From an uncultured Candidatus Poseidoniales archaeon (GTDB taxonomy: Archaea; Thermoplasmatota; Poseidoniia; Poseidoniales; Thalassarchaeaceae): 64,000 nucleotides of DNA. Under the pieces are notes generated by a model. It made no database searches. It worked only from the letters and a program-made list of their open reading frames with translations, and was not told where the DNA came from. The DNA lies in NCBI GenBank assembly GCA_964645485.1, contig CAZXZO010000002.1, positions 62,478-126,477 of the forward strand, read 5' to 3'. This document shows, one piece after another, positions 25,603 to 36,370 of this stretch. A program made the translations under genes and the position numbers. Positions within the stretch are counted from its first letter, which is position 1. Each line of letters starts with the position of its first letter.

Positions 25603-28149
25603 GTGCAGTGGCTTCTTTGGTTAGCAATCGCGGTTTCCATAGCCGGTATCTCGATGCCGTGGCGAAATCTGTCTGCGGAGCAATCATTGTGGTTCCCACG
25701 AATCATCACAACAATCCAAATTTTACCTTTCATCGCCCTAAGTTGGCTATTTATCAGTGATTCTACAAACTATGATTTGGTTCGTCTTTACGGTGGCAGT
25801 GAGATGCCATTTGCCTATCGTATCAGTGCGGTTTGGGCTAGTAGAGAAGGGCCAACCCTCCTTTGGGCTGGTTTGTTAGCAATCTGTGGCCTTGCGTTCC
25901 AAGATGCGGCGAAAGATGAGAGTTCGATTCTATTTCGTAAATTAGTCAATGGCGCAATTCTAACACTCTTCTCTATTGCAATGATGATGCGACCATTCAG
26001 GCTTGCACAAAGCAATTGGCGAGGTGAATTAAATCCACTACTGCAAACCGATTTGATGGTCTTCCATCCGCCACTGGTTTTCCTGTTTTACTCACTTTGT
26101 ATGGTTGTGATGCTGAAGGCTTTGTCTACAGTTCTTAGTAACGATGGTGTTGATGATTCTCGACTTCGTGAGATGGTGACGCCGCCAGCAAGAGTAGCAT
26201 TGGTAGTAGGTACGATTGGAGTGGGACTCGGTGGGCTATGGGCTTACACAGTGCTTGATTGGGGCGGGTATTGGGCTTGGGATCCCGTCGAAACAGCATC
26301 CCTTTTGCCCTGGCTTGGGCTCCTCCTTTTACTTCATCTACGGGTAACTCCTGGTGGGAAAAATAGTGGTTTCGTCCTCCCTTTAGCAATCCTTCCTGGA
26401 TGGTTCTCTATCCACGCTACTATGGTCACTAGAGCCAATGGTGTTTGGGCCTCGGTACACGCCTTTGTCTCAGAAGATGTTGGGTCTCAAAGTGATTCTG
26501 CAATACTACGAATAATTGACTTACAAAACACAGGGGTAAGTGGAACAGAGGTGATTACTTACCTCATTTCATTGGTGGCAATTTTGGCAATCACTGTGGC
26601 GGTTATGGTTAGCCGTCAGGCTAGAATTGGTGGCGGAGAAAATTTGCAATTTTCGTCTAGATTATCATTATGGTTGATATTGTTATTACCTTTATCTTGG
26701 CTAATTACTGTTGATATGTTTGGGGCTGAATCGAGTCTAATTGAGCGGCTGCCTACATTCATTCTACTGATAGCAGCAGCATCTCCATTGGTAGCAATCA
26801 TGCTTCCACCTGATCCTGCAGGTGCGAAGTTGTTCGCTGATAGAGAGAAAGCATTCTCAATGGCTGCTGTGATTTTGTTATCATTAATCATTGATGAACC
26901 ATTAATTGCAACTCTACTTATTTTGTTGATGCTGTTGAAAGCGAGTTCGGATAAAGAGTCAGAAATGATTTGGACAGTGGCAGGCATCGTTGTCATATTG
27001 ACTTCAGTTTACGCTTATTTGATTGGGGTTTATGTTGCTGGAATTGGCTTGTTAACTTTCATTTGGCCATTGCTGGTTCTTGATATTGAAGATGGAGATG
27101 AGCAGACATTGAAGGAACGCATTTCTGAACTTTCATTACGAAAAACCCAAATTCGACTATCGCTATTTGCACCTATCGTAATCGGTGGGACATTTTTCAC
27201 ATTGACTTGGATGTTGTTGGTTGCTAGCGTTGATGGGACTTCTCTACCAATGCATGAGATGTTTGGCGCGCCACTTATTTTGTTAATTGCGGCTGCTTTA
27301 GCAACATATTCTTGGAAAGATACAGTGCCTGAAAAAATGGTTCCTTTTCTTCTATTAGGTTTTATTATCTTAGGAATTGTTGTTGGTGCATTCCTTAATA
27401 TTCCTATCATAGGGGATAGCAATTCACAGTTTAGTGATACAATAAACCGAGGTGAAGTAGCTTGGTTGTTGCTACCGATTTTAATAGTCGCAATCCCTTC
27501 AATAATACGTCTTGCGATAGACCTCTTTATGCGTACTGCAAAGGGGTATTCTCCTGCAAAGATGCGAAGTGCGCTTGCTCACAGTGCGCATGTAGGGATT
27601 CTACTGTTACTGGTAGGCCACGTATTCACAACTACTCTAGTTGACCGAACAGATCCTTCTCATCAAGTAGTGTTGGTAAAGGGTCAAGAGGTTTCTCATG
27701 AAGGGTACCTGCTAACTTTTGAAGATTGGACAGTGCTTTCTCCAGATGATACTGAATTCCAAGAGCGCTTTTCGGTTGGAGATGGGTTCCTAGGTGCTAC
27801 AATTGACATACGTGACGAGCAAGGTAATTTTCTCGACACAGTTAATCCAGGGATGTTGAGGTTTGATAGTTCAAACAGTTTCCCACGTAGTGAGGTAGAT
27901 AGGTACACTTCTATTACTGGTGATACTGTGTTTATTTTTGATTGGTCCCAAACACAAGCATTAGGTAATGCATCTGGAATTATGGATTCAGAAAGTGACG
28001 ATGTTGGTCTTGACAGAGTTCGATTAACGGTTTACCAGCTCTCTGGCAGCCATCTTGTGTGGGCTGGGTGGCTAATCATTGTACTCTCAACTCTAGGAAT
28101 CGCAATCACCTCAGTTCAGCGCCTCAGTAAGCCGATTCCCTCCATCTGA
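25603..28149 (+). CDS. ccmF: CcmF/CcsA-family cytochrome c maturation (heme handling) membrane protein
   Basis: WWD motif LDWGGYWAWDPVETASLLPWL. 848 aa with many TM helices. GTG start. Confidence 0.75.
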   Translation: MQWLLWLAIAVSIAGISMPWRNLSAEQSLWFPRIITTIQILPFIALSWLFISDSTNYDLVRLYGGSEMPFAYRISAVWASREGPTLLWAGLLAICGLAFQDAAKDESSILFRKLVNGAILTLFSIAMMMRPFRLAQSNWRGELNPLLQTDLMVFHPPLVFLFYSLCMVVMLKALSTVLSNDGVDDSRLREMVTPPARVALVVGTIGVGLGGLWAYTVLDWGGYWAWDPVETASLLPWLGLLLLLHLRVTPGGKNSGFVLPLAILPGWFSIHATMVTRANGVWASVHAFVSEDVGSQSDSAILRIIDLQNTGVSGTEVITYLISLVAILAITVAVMVSRQARIGGGENLQFSSRLSLWLILLLPLSWLITVDMFGAESSLIERLPTFILLIAAASPLVAIMLPPDPAGAKLFADREKAFSMAAVILLSLIIDEPLIATLLILLMLLKASSDKESEMIWTVAGIVVILTSVYAYLIGVYVAGIGLLTFIWPLLVLDIEDGDEQTLKERISELSLRKTQIRLSLFAPIVIGGTFFTLTWMLLVASVDGTSLPMHEMFGAPLILLIAAALATYSWKDTVPEKMVPFLLLGFIILGIVVGAFLNIPIIGDSNSQFSDTINRGEVAWLLLPILIVAIPSIIRLAIDLFMRTAKGYSPAKMRSALAHSAHVGILLLLVGHVFTTTLVDRTDPSHQVVLVKGQEVSHEGYLLTFEDWTVLSPDDTEFQERFSVGDGFLGATIDIRDEQGNFLDTVNPGMLRFDSSNSFPRSEVDRYTSITGDTVFIFDWSQTQALGNASGIMDSESDDVGLDRVRLTVYQLSGSHLVWAGWLIIVLSTLGIAITSVQRLSKPIPSI

Positions 28150-28219
28150 TATTGGATAATTTCACCGTTTCACTCATAAAGGGGGAGTCGGTCGGCGGCT
28201 CGCCCCATTAGGGGTTGAA

Positions 28220-28978
28220 GTGATATTCATGGAAGAAGGCACAATTGTCTACATTGATTACGACCTGTTTGAGGTTGATTCCGGAAAACTAATTGAGACC
28301 ACTCGTGAGGAGACTGCAAAGTCAAACGACGTTCATGAAGAGTCACGAACTTATGAGCCTCTGTGCACCACTATTGGTGCTGGAGCGTTGATTCCTGGTT
28401 TTGAAGAAAGCCTAGAAGAAGCAGAAGTTGAAACTGACTACGATATTGAGATTTCACCAGACAAAGCATACGGAGAGCGTGACCCGGGTGCTGTTGAAAT
28501 GTTGGGCCCACAACAATTGGCTCGCCAAGTAAGGGACCCTGACAATTTACAAGTTGGAGGACCAGTCGAAATCGGTGGCCGAAAAGGTACCTTAGTCATG
28601 TTCCGTGCTGGTCGGGCACGAATTGATTTCAATCACGAATTAGCGGGTAAATCACTGCGTTATAATTACCGAATCACAAAGGTTGTTGAAGAGAAGGACG
28701 AGATGGTAATGACTCTTCTAAAGATGTCAACAGGTTCTGATGACTTTGAAGTAGAATTTGACGGCGATGATGTATCTATCACAATTCCAGAGTTCCTTGG
28801 ATATGACCAATCATGGGGTATGGCAAAGTTTCAACTCATTCGTTCACTACGTGACACTGTTGGTGCCAAGACAATCGTGTTTAGAGATGTACACCAATTC
28901 AGAGAGGCTGCAGAAGAAGAGGAAGAAGAACACGTCCACGATGAAAACTGTGACCACGACCATGACGAAGAAGAGTGA
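28220..28978 (+). CDS. FKBP-type peptidyl-prolyl isomerase (SlyD/long archaeal FKBP-like) with His/Asp/Cys-rich tail
   Basis: DFNHELAGKSLRYNYRI. Tail EEEEEHVHDENCDHDHDEEE. Confidence 0.85.
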   Translation: MIFMEEGTIVYIDYDLFEVDSGKLIETTREETAKSNDVHEESRTYEPLCTTIGAGALIPGFEESLEEAEVETDYDIEISPDKAYGERDPGAVEMLGPQQLARQVRDPDNLQVGGPVEIGGRKGTLVMFRAGRARIDFNHELAGKSLRYNYRITKVVEEKDEMVMTLLKMSTGSDDFEVEFDGDDVSITIPEFLGYDQSWGMAKFQLIRSLRDTVGAKTIVFRDVHQFREAAEEEEEEHVHDENCDHDHDEEE

Positions 28979-28989
28979 ACCTCTTTTGA

Positions 28990-30411
<1,422 letters not shown>

Positions 30412-30458
30412 AGCCGCACCGTTCAAACACCTGTTTGATTTCGACCCTATGGGTCGAC

Positions 30459-32069
30459 ATGGATAGACTACCTTCTTCGGTGCGAACTAGTGACAAACAG
30501 TATGTCTCAAATTTAGAACATAATCGTGCTATTGTGGCGGCATTGGAGGGCCGTATGAACGCTGTAATGGAAGGTGGAGGTGGAAAGTACGTGGAACGCC
30601 ACCGAAGTCGGGGTAAAATGTTGCCTCGTGAGAGAATTGAAGCCATCTGTGATCCTGGCACCGCCTTTCTCGAATTGAGTAAATTAGCAGCAAACGGCCT
30701 TTATGATGGCAACGCTCACAGTGCAGGAATCATAACCGGCATAGGAATGGTTCATGGCCGTGAATGTATGTTCGTAGCCAATGATGCAACCGTAAAAGGT
30801 GGCTCATATTATCCAATGACAGTCAAAAAGCACATCCGGGCCCAAAATATCGCTGAGGAGAATGGCTTGCCTTGCATCTATCTAGTTGATTCAGGTGGCG
30901 CATATTTGCCATTGCAAGATGAGGTATTTCCCGATAGAGAACACTTTGGCAGGATTTTCCGCAATCAAGCAGTAATGAGCGGCAAAGGCATTCCTCAGAT
31001 TTCTGCAGTCCTTGGCTCATGTACAGCAGGAGGTGCTTATGTGCCGGCAATGAGTGATGAATCAATCATTGTCAAAGATAACGGGACAATCTTCCTTGCA
31101 GGTCCACCACTTGTGAAAGCTGCAACAGGTGAGGAAGTAACAGCCGAAGCATTAGGCGGTGCGGAAGTTCATACTGTTGAATCGGGAGTTGCAGATCATT
31201 TTGCTGAAGACGAACCAGATGGCCTGCGGATAGTTCGTAATATTGTTGAGAATCTTCCAGCCCCTTACAAAGTTGCGCTAGATGTAACTACTCCTGAACC
31301 ACCACATCACGACCCCGAAGAATTGTTAGGGATTATTCCAGAAGATAACAGAATGCCATATGACGTCAGGGAAGTCATCGCTAGAATTACTGACGGTTCA
31401 CGGTTCCACGAATTCAAGTCTCGCTATGGAACTACAATTGTTTGTGGTTTTGCCCGCATCCACGGTTATCCAGTAGGAATCGTTGCTAACAATGGAATAT
31501 TATTTTCAGAATCAGCACTTAAAGCAACCCACTTCATTGAATTGTGTGGCCAGAGAGGTACTCCGATTGTGTTCTTGCAGAATATAACTGGCTTCATGGT
31601 TGGAAGTGAATATGAGGCAGGTGGTATTGCTAAAGATGGGGCAAAAATGGTAACTGCAGTTGCTTGTGCCCCTGTGCCTAAGTTCACAGTAATCATTGGC
31701 GGGTCTCACGGCGCTGGGAATTATGCTATGTGTGGTAGGGGGTATGACCCTCGCTTCCTTTTCATGTGGCCTAATTCTAGAATATCAGTAATGGGTGGCC
31801 CTCAGGCATCAAGTGTATTGACTACAGTTAAGCAAGACCAGAGAGCACGGGAAGGTCAAGCACCAATGGAAGGGGAAGAGTTAGACGAGTTCCAAAAGCC
31901 AATCTTAGATAGGTATGAAGCCGAAGGTTCACCATACTATGCTACTGCCCGATTGTGGGATGATGGAATAATTGACCCAAGGGATACTAGAGATGTATTG
32001 GGGCTGAGTATTTCTGCCGCCCTGAATGGGCCATTCCCTGATTCAGAATATGGTATATTTAGAATGTGA
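30459..32069 (+). CDS. 3-methylcrotonyl-CoA carboxylase beta subunit (carboxyltransferase)
   Basis: [43 protein letters not shown], and [31 protein letters not shown]. These closely match my recollection of MCCC2-type sequences. Confidence 0.88.
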   Translation: MDRLPSSVRTSDKQYVSNLEHNRAIVAALEGRMNAVMEGGGGKYVERHRSRGKMLPRERIEAICDPGTAFLELSKLAANGLYDGNAHSAGIITGIGMVHGRECMFVANDATVKGGSYYPMTVKKHIRAQNIAEENGLPCIYLVDSGGAYLPLQDEVFPDREHFGRIFRNQAVMSGKGIPQISAVLGSCTAGGAYVPAMSDESIIVKDNGTIFLAGPPLVKAATGEEVTAEALGGAEVHTVESGVADHFAEDEPDGLRIVRNIVENLPAPYKVALDVTTPEPPHHDPEELLGIIPEDNRMPYDVREVIARITDGSRFHEFKSRYGTTIVCGFARIHGYPVGIVANNGILFSESALKATHFIELCGQRGTPIVFLQNITGFMVGSEYEAGGIAKDGAKMVTAVACAPVPKFTVIIGGSHGAGNYAMCGRGYDPRFLFMWPNSRISVMGGPQASSVLTTVKQDQRAREGQAPMEGEELDEFQKPILDRYEAEGSPYYATARLWDDGIIDPRDTRDVLGLSISAALNGPFPDSEYGIFRM

Positions 32070-32082
32070 AGGAGCAATTGCA

Positions 32083-32952
32083 ATGAATGATTTTTCAATT
32101 GGAGAATTAATGCCGGAAACCGGCTTGTGTACCCTCAATATTGAGGGGCCAGTGGGGTATCTGAATTTACAACGTGAAGATGTGTTCAATGCATTAAATC
32201 CAGAATTGATTGGAGAATTATGTGATTTACTTGATTGGGGTAAAGATCGCTCAGTAAGTGAGCGTGGTCAGTTGAAGGACAGTAACGGCGAACCTTATCT
32301 GAGAGTAATTGTATTAACCGGAAATGGAAAACATTTCTGCGCAGGGGCAGATATTGGTTGGATGCAGGCTTCTGGTGCACAAACATCTGAACAAAATCGC
32401 AACGACGCCCAACGTCTTGATAGATTATTCAACAGCCTTTGGTCTCACCCTTGTTTTACTATTGGTGCTGTCCAAGGTGTCGCACTAGGTGGGGGTGCCG
32501 GATTAATTGCTTGTGTTGACCATGTGATTGGTGAGAGTAGAACAAAAATTGCCCTTTCTGAGGGTAAATTAGGAATTTTACCAGCCGTCATTGGACCCTA
32601 TGTCTATCGTAGACTCGGAAGTGCGCAAACTCGACGACTCGCCATGTTAGCAAATCGAATTGGAGTTGATGAGGCTTTACGAATTGGCATGATAGATGAG
32701 AAGGTAGAATCTCCAGAACAATTTACTGACAGTATCCAAGAAGTAGTTTCTGAAGTGTTGACAACAGGTCCTTGTGCGGTTGGGGAAGCAAAACGTTTGG
32801 TATTACAGTTTGACCGTTGGAATGGAACTGATGAGGAACTACGCCAATGGACCCTGGATAAAACTTCAGAGATGCGAGGTTCTTCAGAAGGTCAAGAAGG
32901 GCTTTCGTCATTCATTGAGCGACGTCAACCTGCATGGAAAAGTGAGGATTGA
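32083..32952 (+). CDS. Enoyl-CoA hydratase family, probably methylglutaconyl-CoA hydratase
   Basis: Crotonase motifs FCAGADI and GVALGGGAGL. It sits between the MCC beta and alpha genes. GGAG lies upstream of the ATG at 32083. Confidence 0.8.
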   Translation: MNDFSIGELMPETGLCTLNIEGPVGYLNLQREDVFNALNPELIGELCDLLDWGKDRSVSERGQLKDSNGEPYLRVIVLTGNGKHFCAGADIGWMQASGAQTSEQNRNDAQRLDRLFNSLWSHPCFTIGAVQGVALGGGAGLIACVDHVIGESRTKIALSEGKLGILPAVIGPYVYRRLGSAQTRRLAMLANRIGVDEALRIGMIDEKVESPEQFTDSIQEVVSEVLTTGPCAVGEAKRLVLQFDRWNGTDEELRQWTLDKTSEMRGSSEGQEGLSSFIERRQPAWKSED

Positions 32953-32958
32953 GCAACT

Positions 32959-34500
32959 ATGGATTTTCCGTCATGGATTGCAAACGCGCCGTTTAAATTC
33001 GGTAAAGTTTTGATTGCAAACCGCGGTGAAATTGCTTGCAGGATCATACGAGGCTGTCAAGAGATGGGGTTAGCCACAGTCGCTGTTTTCAACGACGCTG
33101 ATGCAGATGCATTGCACGTTGAGTTGGCAGATGAATCAGTTCACCTAGAAGGTGATGATTTGGCATCAACATATCTTTCAGCAAATTCGATAATCAATGC
33201 TTGTAGAAAAAGTAGAGCAGATGCCCTTCACCCTGGTTACGGATTTCTTTCTGAAAGGGCAGATTTTGCAGAGTTGGTTGGAGCAAGTGGAATAATTTGG
33301 ATTGGGCCACCAGCAAAAGCAATTGATTCAATGGGTGATAAAGTAAAAGCTCGTAGATTGATGATTGATGCTGGAGTCCCTTTGGTGCCTGGTGCTGAAC
33401 TAACTTCTCAAGATAATCTGAATGCTACTGTTGACCAATTACGTAGTTTGTCTAATGAAGTGGGTTTTCCAATTTTGTTGAAAGCCTCCGCTGGAGGTGG
33501 TGGAAAAGGGATGCGGGCTGTTGAAACATCCGGGGAACTTGAGGCGGCATATCTCTCGGCAAAACGTGAAGCACTTTCAGCATTCGGAGATGACACCATC
33601 TATCTAGAAAGACGAATAGTTTCACCTCGGCATATTGAGATCCAAATCCTCTGTGACACCCATGGTGGTGCAATTCACTTACTTGAGCGAGAATGTAGTA
33701 TCCAAAGGAGACATCAGAAGGTTATCGAAGAAGCACCTAGCGTGGCAATTTCTCCAGAGATGAGAGAACAAATGGGTGAGGCAGCGATAAATGCAGCCAA
33801 AGCAGTACACTATGTGGGTGCTGGAACTGTTGAATTCTTACTTTCGGGAGACGAATTTTTCTTCCTAGAAATGAACACTCGCCTACAAGTGGAGCATCCT
33901 GTGACTGAACTAGTGACAGGTGTCGATTTGGTTCAAGAGCAATTACGAATTGCTGCGGGTCATCCATTAGCGATTTCTCAAGATGAAGTTTTTCCACGTG
34001 GCTGGGCAATTGAGGCTCGAATTTATTCCGAAGATGCGGCCAATGGATTTTTGCCAGCAACTGGGCCTTTAGCAATTTTTAGGCCACCAGAGGGCCCGGG
34101 TATCCGTCTTGATACTGGTGTTAGGCAAGGTGATGAAGCGAGCCTTGACTTCGACCCAATGCTCGCCAAACTCATTGTTCACGCCCCCGATAGGATGCGC
34201 GCAATTGAGCGCATGTCTCGGGCATTAGAGGATTTCATAATTTTAGGTGTCACTACAAATATTGAATTCTTAAGAAGCGTAATAACTCATCAGAAGTTTG
34301 CCAGTGGAGACACAACTACCGATTTCATAGAATCAATTTGGTCTGATGGTTGGAATTCGGGCGGGGACCCTGCAGCGGCTGTTGTCGTTGCAGCAAGTGC
34401 TGAAAAATCCGGCCTTCACTTGGGGTCATTAAGCGGTGAACTTGGAGATTCACCTGACCCATATAATCCATTTTCCTCATTGTATAGGAGCTATCCATGA
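32959..34500 (+). CDS. Biotin carboxylase (acyl-CoA carboxylase alpha, BC part only)
   Basis: VLIANRGEIACRIIR, GFPILLKASAGGGGKGMR, and EMNTRLQVEHPVTE. Confidence 0.93.
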   Translation: MDFPSWIANAPFKFGKVLIANRGEIACRIIRGCQEMGLATVAVFNDADADALHVELADESVHLEGDDLASTYLSANSIINACRKSRADALHPGYGFLSERADFAELVGASGIIWIGPPAKAIDSMGDKVKARRLMIDAGVPLVPGAELTSQDNLNATVDQLRSLSNEVGFPILLKASAGGGGKGMRAVETSGELEAAYLSAKREALSAFGDDTIYLERRIVSPRHIEIQILCDTHGGAIHLLERECSIQRRHQKVIEEAPSVAISPEMREQMGEAAINAAKAVHYVGAGTVEFLLSGDEFFFLEMNTRLQVEHPVTELVTGVDLVQEQLRIAAGHPLAISQDEVFPRGWAIEARIYSEDAANGFLPATGPLAIFRPPEGPGIRLDTGVRQGDEASLDFDPMLAKLIVHAPDRMRAIERMSRALEDFIILGVTTNIEFLRSVITHQKFASGDTTTDFIESIWSDGWNSGGDPAAAVVVAASAEKSGLHLGSLSGELGDSPDPYNPFSSLYRSYP

Positions 34501-34510
34501 GGTGTTTAAT

Positions 34511-35020
34511 ATGAAGGAATTCACCAATCAAACAGATGGCAGTAATTGGGCTGTTGGTGTTATCGATACCGCAAGTGGTTACTCTGCAATTCAAATTGAA
34601 ACTGAAGGCGAGCTCTTAGATCTACAAGATTGGCGCGTTTCATTTGGTACATCTCCAAACGAGGCTTTGCTCGAGCGTGGCGATCGAGAAGAACGCTTGG
34701 TGATTGTCAAGGTAGGTGACACTTGGTGGGTTCATCATAACGGCCATACTTCAAAAGTAGATGTTGTAGAACGAGGGGCAGTCAGCACTTTTGCTAACAG
34801 TGGTGGTTTGACTTCACCGATGCCCGGAAAAATCCTCAGTGTCATGGCCTCTGTAGGTGAACCTGTAGACGAAGGACAAACTTTGCTAATTTTGGAAGCC
34901 ATGAAAATGGAGAATCGTATCTGCTCTCCAGTCAATGGTGTGGTTTCAGCAATACACTATGAAGTTGGAGACCAAGTTAACCAAGGCGAAGTCCTCATCG
35001 CTATTGAAGAGTCTGAATAA
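34511..35020 (+). CDS. Biotin carboxyl carrier (biotinyl domain) protein, separate gene
   Basis: LILEAMKMEN biotinylation motif. ATG at 34511. Confidence 0.85.
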   Translation: MKEFTNQTDGSNWAVGVIDTASGYSAIQIETEGELLDLQDWRVSFGTSPNEALLERGDREERLVIVKVGDTWWVHHNGHTSKVDVVERGAVSTFANSGGLTSPMPGKILSVMASVGEPVDEGQTLLILEAMKMENRICSPVNGVVSAIHYEVGDQVNQGEVLIAIEESE

Positions 35021-35037
35021 CCAATTGGAAAATCAAT

Positions 35038-36321
35038 TTACCAATTGCAAGATTGGAGGATTTTTTGGCCCTGCATATATGGTTGTAGAACTACTGGAAT
35101 CTGCACCAATCCATCTTCCATTTGATTTTGCTCAATTATTGCTACCAATGCTCTGCTAGTAGCAACCGCTGTTGAGTTCAAAGTGTGGACAGCCTCATTT
35201 CCATCCGCAGTTCGATACCTCATTCGCAGTCGATTGGCTTGATAATCGGTGCAGTTCGAACATGACACTACTTCTTTGTAGGCTTCAACTCCAGGAAGCC
35301 ATGCTTCTAAATCATATTTTTTAGCAGCCACTGTCCCCATATCCCCAGTACAAATATTGACAATTTCATAATGTAGGTCTAAGGAATTCCAAAGTTCAAC
35401 ACAGTTAGTGAGTAACTCTTCGTGTAAATCCCATGAGTCACCAGGTTTGCTGATGATTATTTGTTCAATCTTGGTGAATTGATGAACTCTCCATATTCCC
35501 TTATCAGATTGTCCATGGGCGCCCACTTCTCGTCTAAAACAGGGCGAAACACCAACCATTCTCAGAGGCAGCATTGATGGTTCAATTACCTCATCCATGA
35601 ACATAGCAGTAAGCGGGTGTTCACTTGTTGCTATAGTGTAGAAACCTTCTGGCTGAACATTATACATCACTGTTTCAAAATCACCCAAGTCTGTAACTCC
35701 TTCGTACGCCTTGCGGTTCATCATCACGGGGGGTTGTACGAGTGTGTATTCTCTTGAAGTGAGGAAATCTATGGCGTATTGTTGTAAGGCTAATTCCAGC
35801 CGTGCTAGGTCTCCTTTCAGAAAGTAGAAGCGGCTTCCAGCAATCTTAGCAGCTCTAGGTAGGTCAACCCATTTATTCATGTCAACGAGTTCATTGTGGG
35901 TTTTTGGGTCAAATGAAAAAACTTGCTTTTGACCATGTTTACTGTGTTGTGTATTACCACTCTCATCCTCCCCGACTGGAACACTATCGTGGAGAATGTT
36001 TGGAATCTTCATTCTCAAACTGTCTCGGTTTTTGATGAGATCATTTGATTGAATTCCCAACTCATCTATCTGTGCACCTATTGTTGCTACTTGGGCTAAG
36101 ATTTTCTCAGCCTCTTCATTGTTGCCAGTTTTTTTTGCTTCGCCAATCCCTCTCGCGGCCACATTTCGCTCACGCCTAAGTTGGTCAGCATCATAACGAG
36201 CCTTCTTCCAAGCGTCGTCAAGACGAATTACCTCATCGATGCTGTCATGAGGAATCCCTCTCTTGTCGTGGTCAGCACGCACAATATCTGCGTGGTCCCG
36301 AAACATCTTGATGTCTAACAT
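35038..36321 (-). CDS. serS: Seryl-tRNA synthetase
   Basis: MLDIKMFRD N-terminal coiled-coil arm, plus class II motifs FRRE...GIWRVHQF and TLNSTAVATSR. Confidence 0.95.
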   Translation of the reverse strand: MLDIKMFRDHADIVRADHDKRGIPHDSIDEVIRLDDAWKKARYDADQLRRERNVAARGIGEAKKTGNNEEAEKILAQVATIGAQIDELGIQSNDLIKNRDSLRMKIPNILHDSVPVGEDESGNTQHSKHGQKQVFSFDPKTHNELVDMNKWVDLPRAAKIAGSRFYFLKGDLARLELALQQYAIDFLTSREYTLVQPPVMMNRKAYEGVTDLGDFETVMYNVQPEGFYTIATSEHPLTAMFMDEVIEPSMLPLRMVGVSPCFRREVGAHGQSDKGIWRVHQFTKIEQIIISKPGDSWDLHEELLTNCVELWNSLDLHYEIVNICTGDMGTVAAKKYDLEAWLPGVEAYKEVVSCSNCTDYQANRLRMRYRTADGNEAVHTLNSTAVATSRALVAIIEQNQMEDGLVQIPVVLQPYMQGQKILQSCNW

Positions 36322-36370
36322 TTGCCTTCACCCTGCTGATTCATATCATCCTCTTGAACCCACTCATCAT

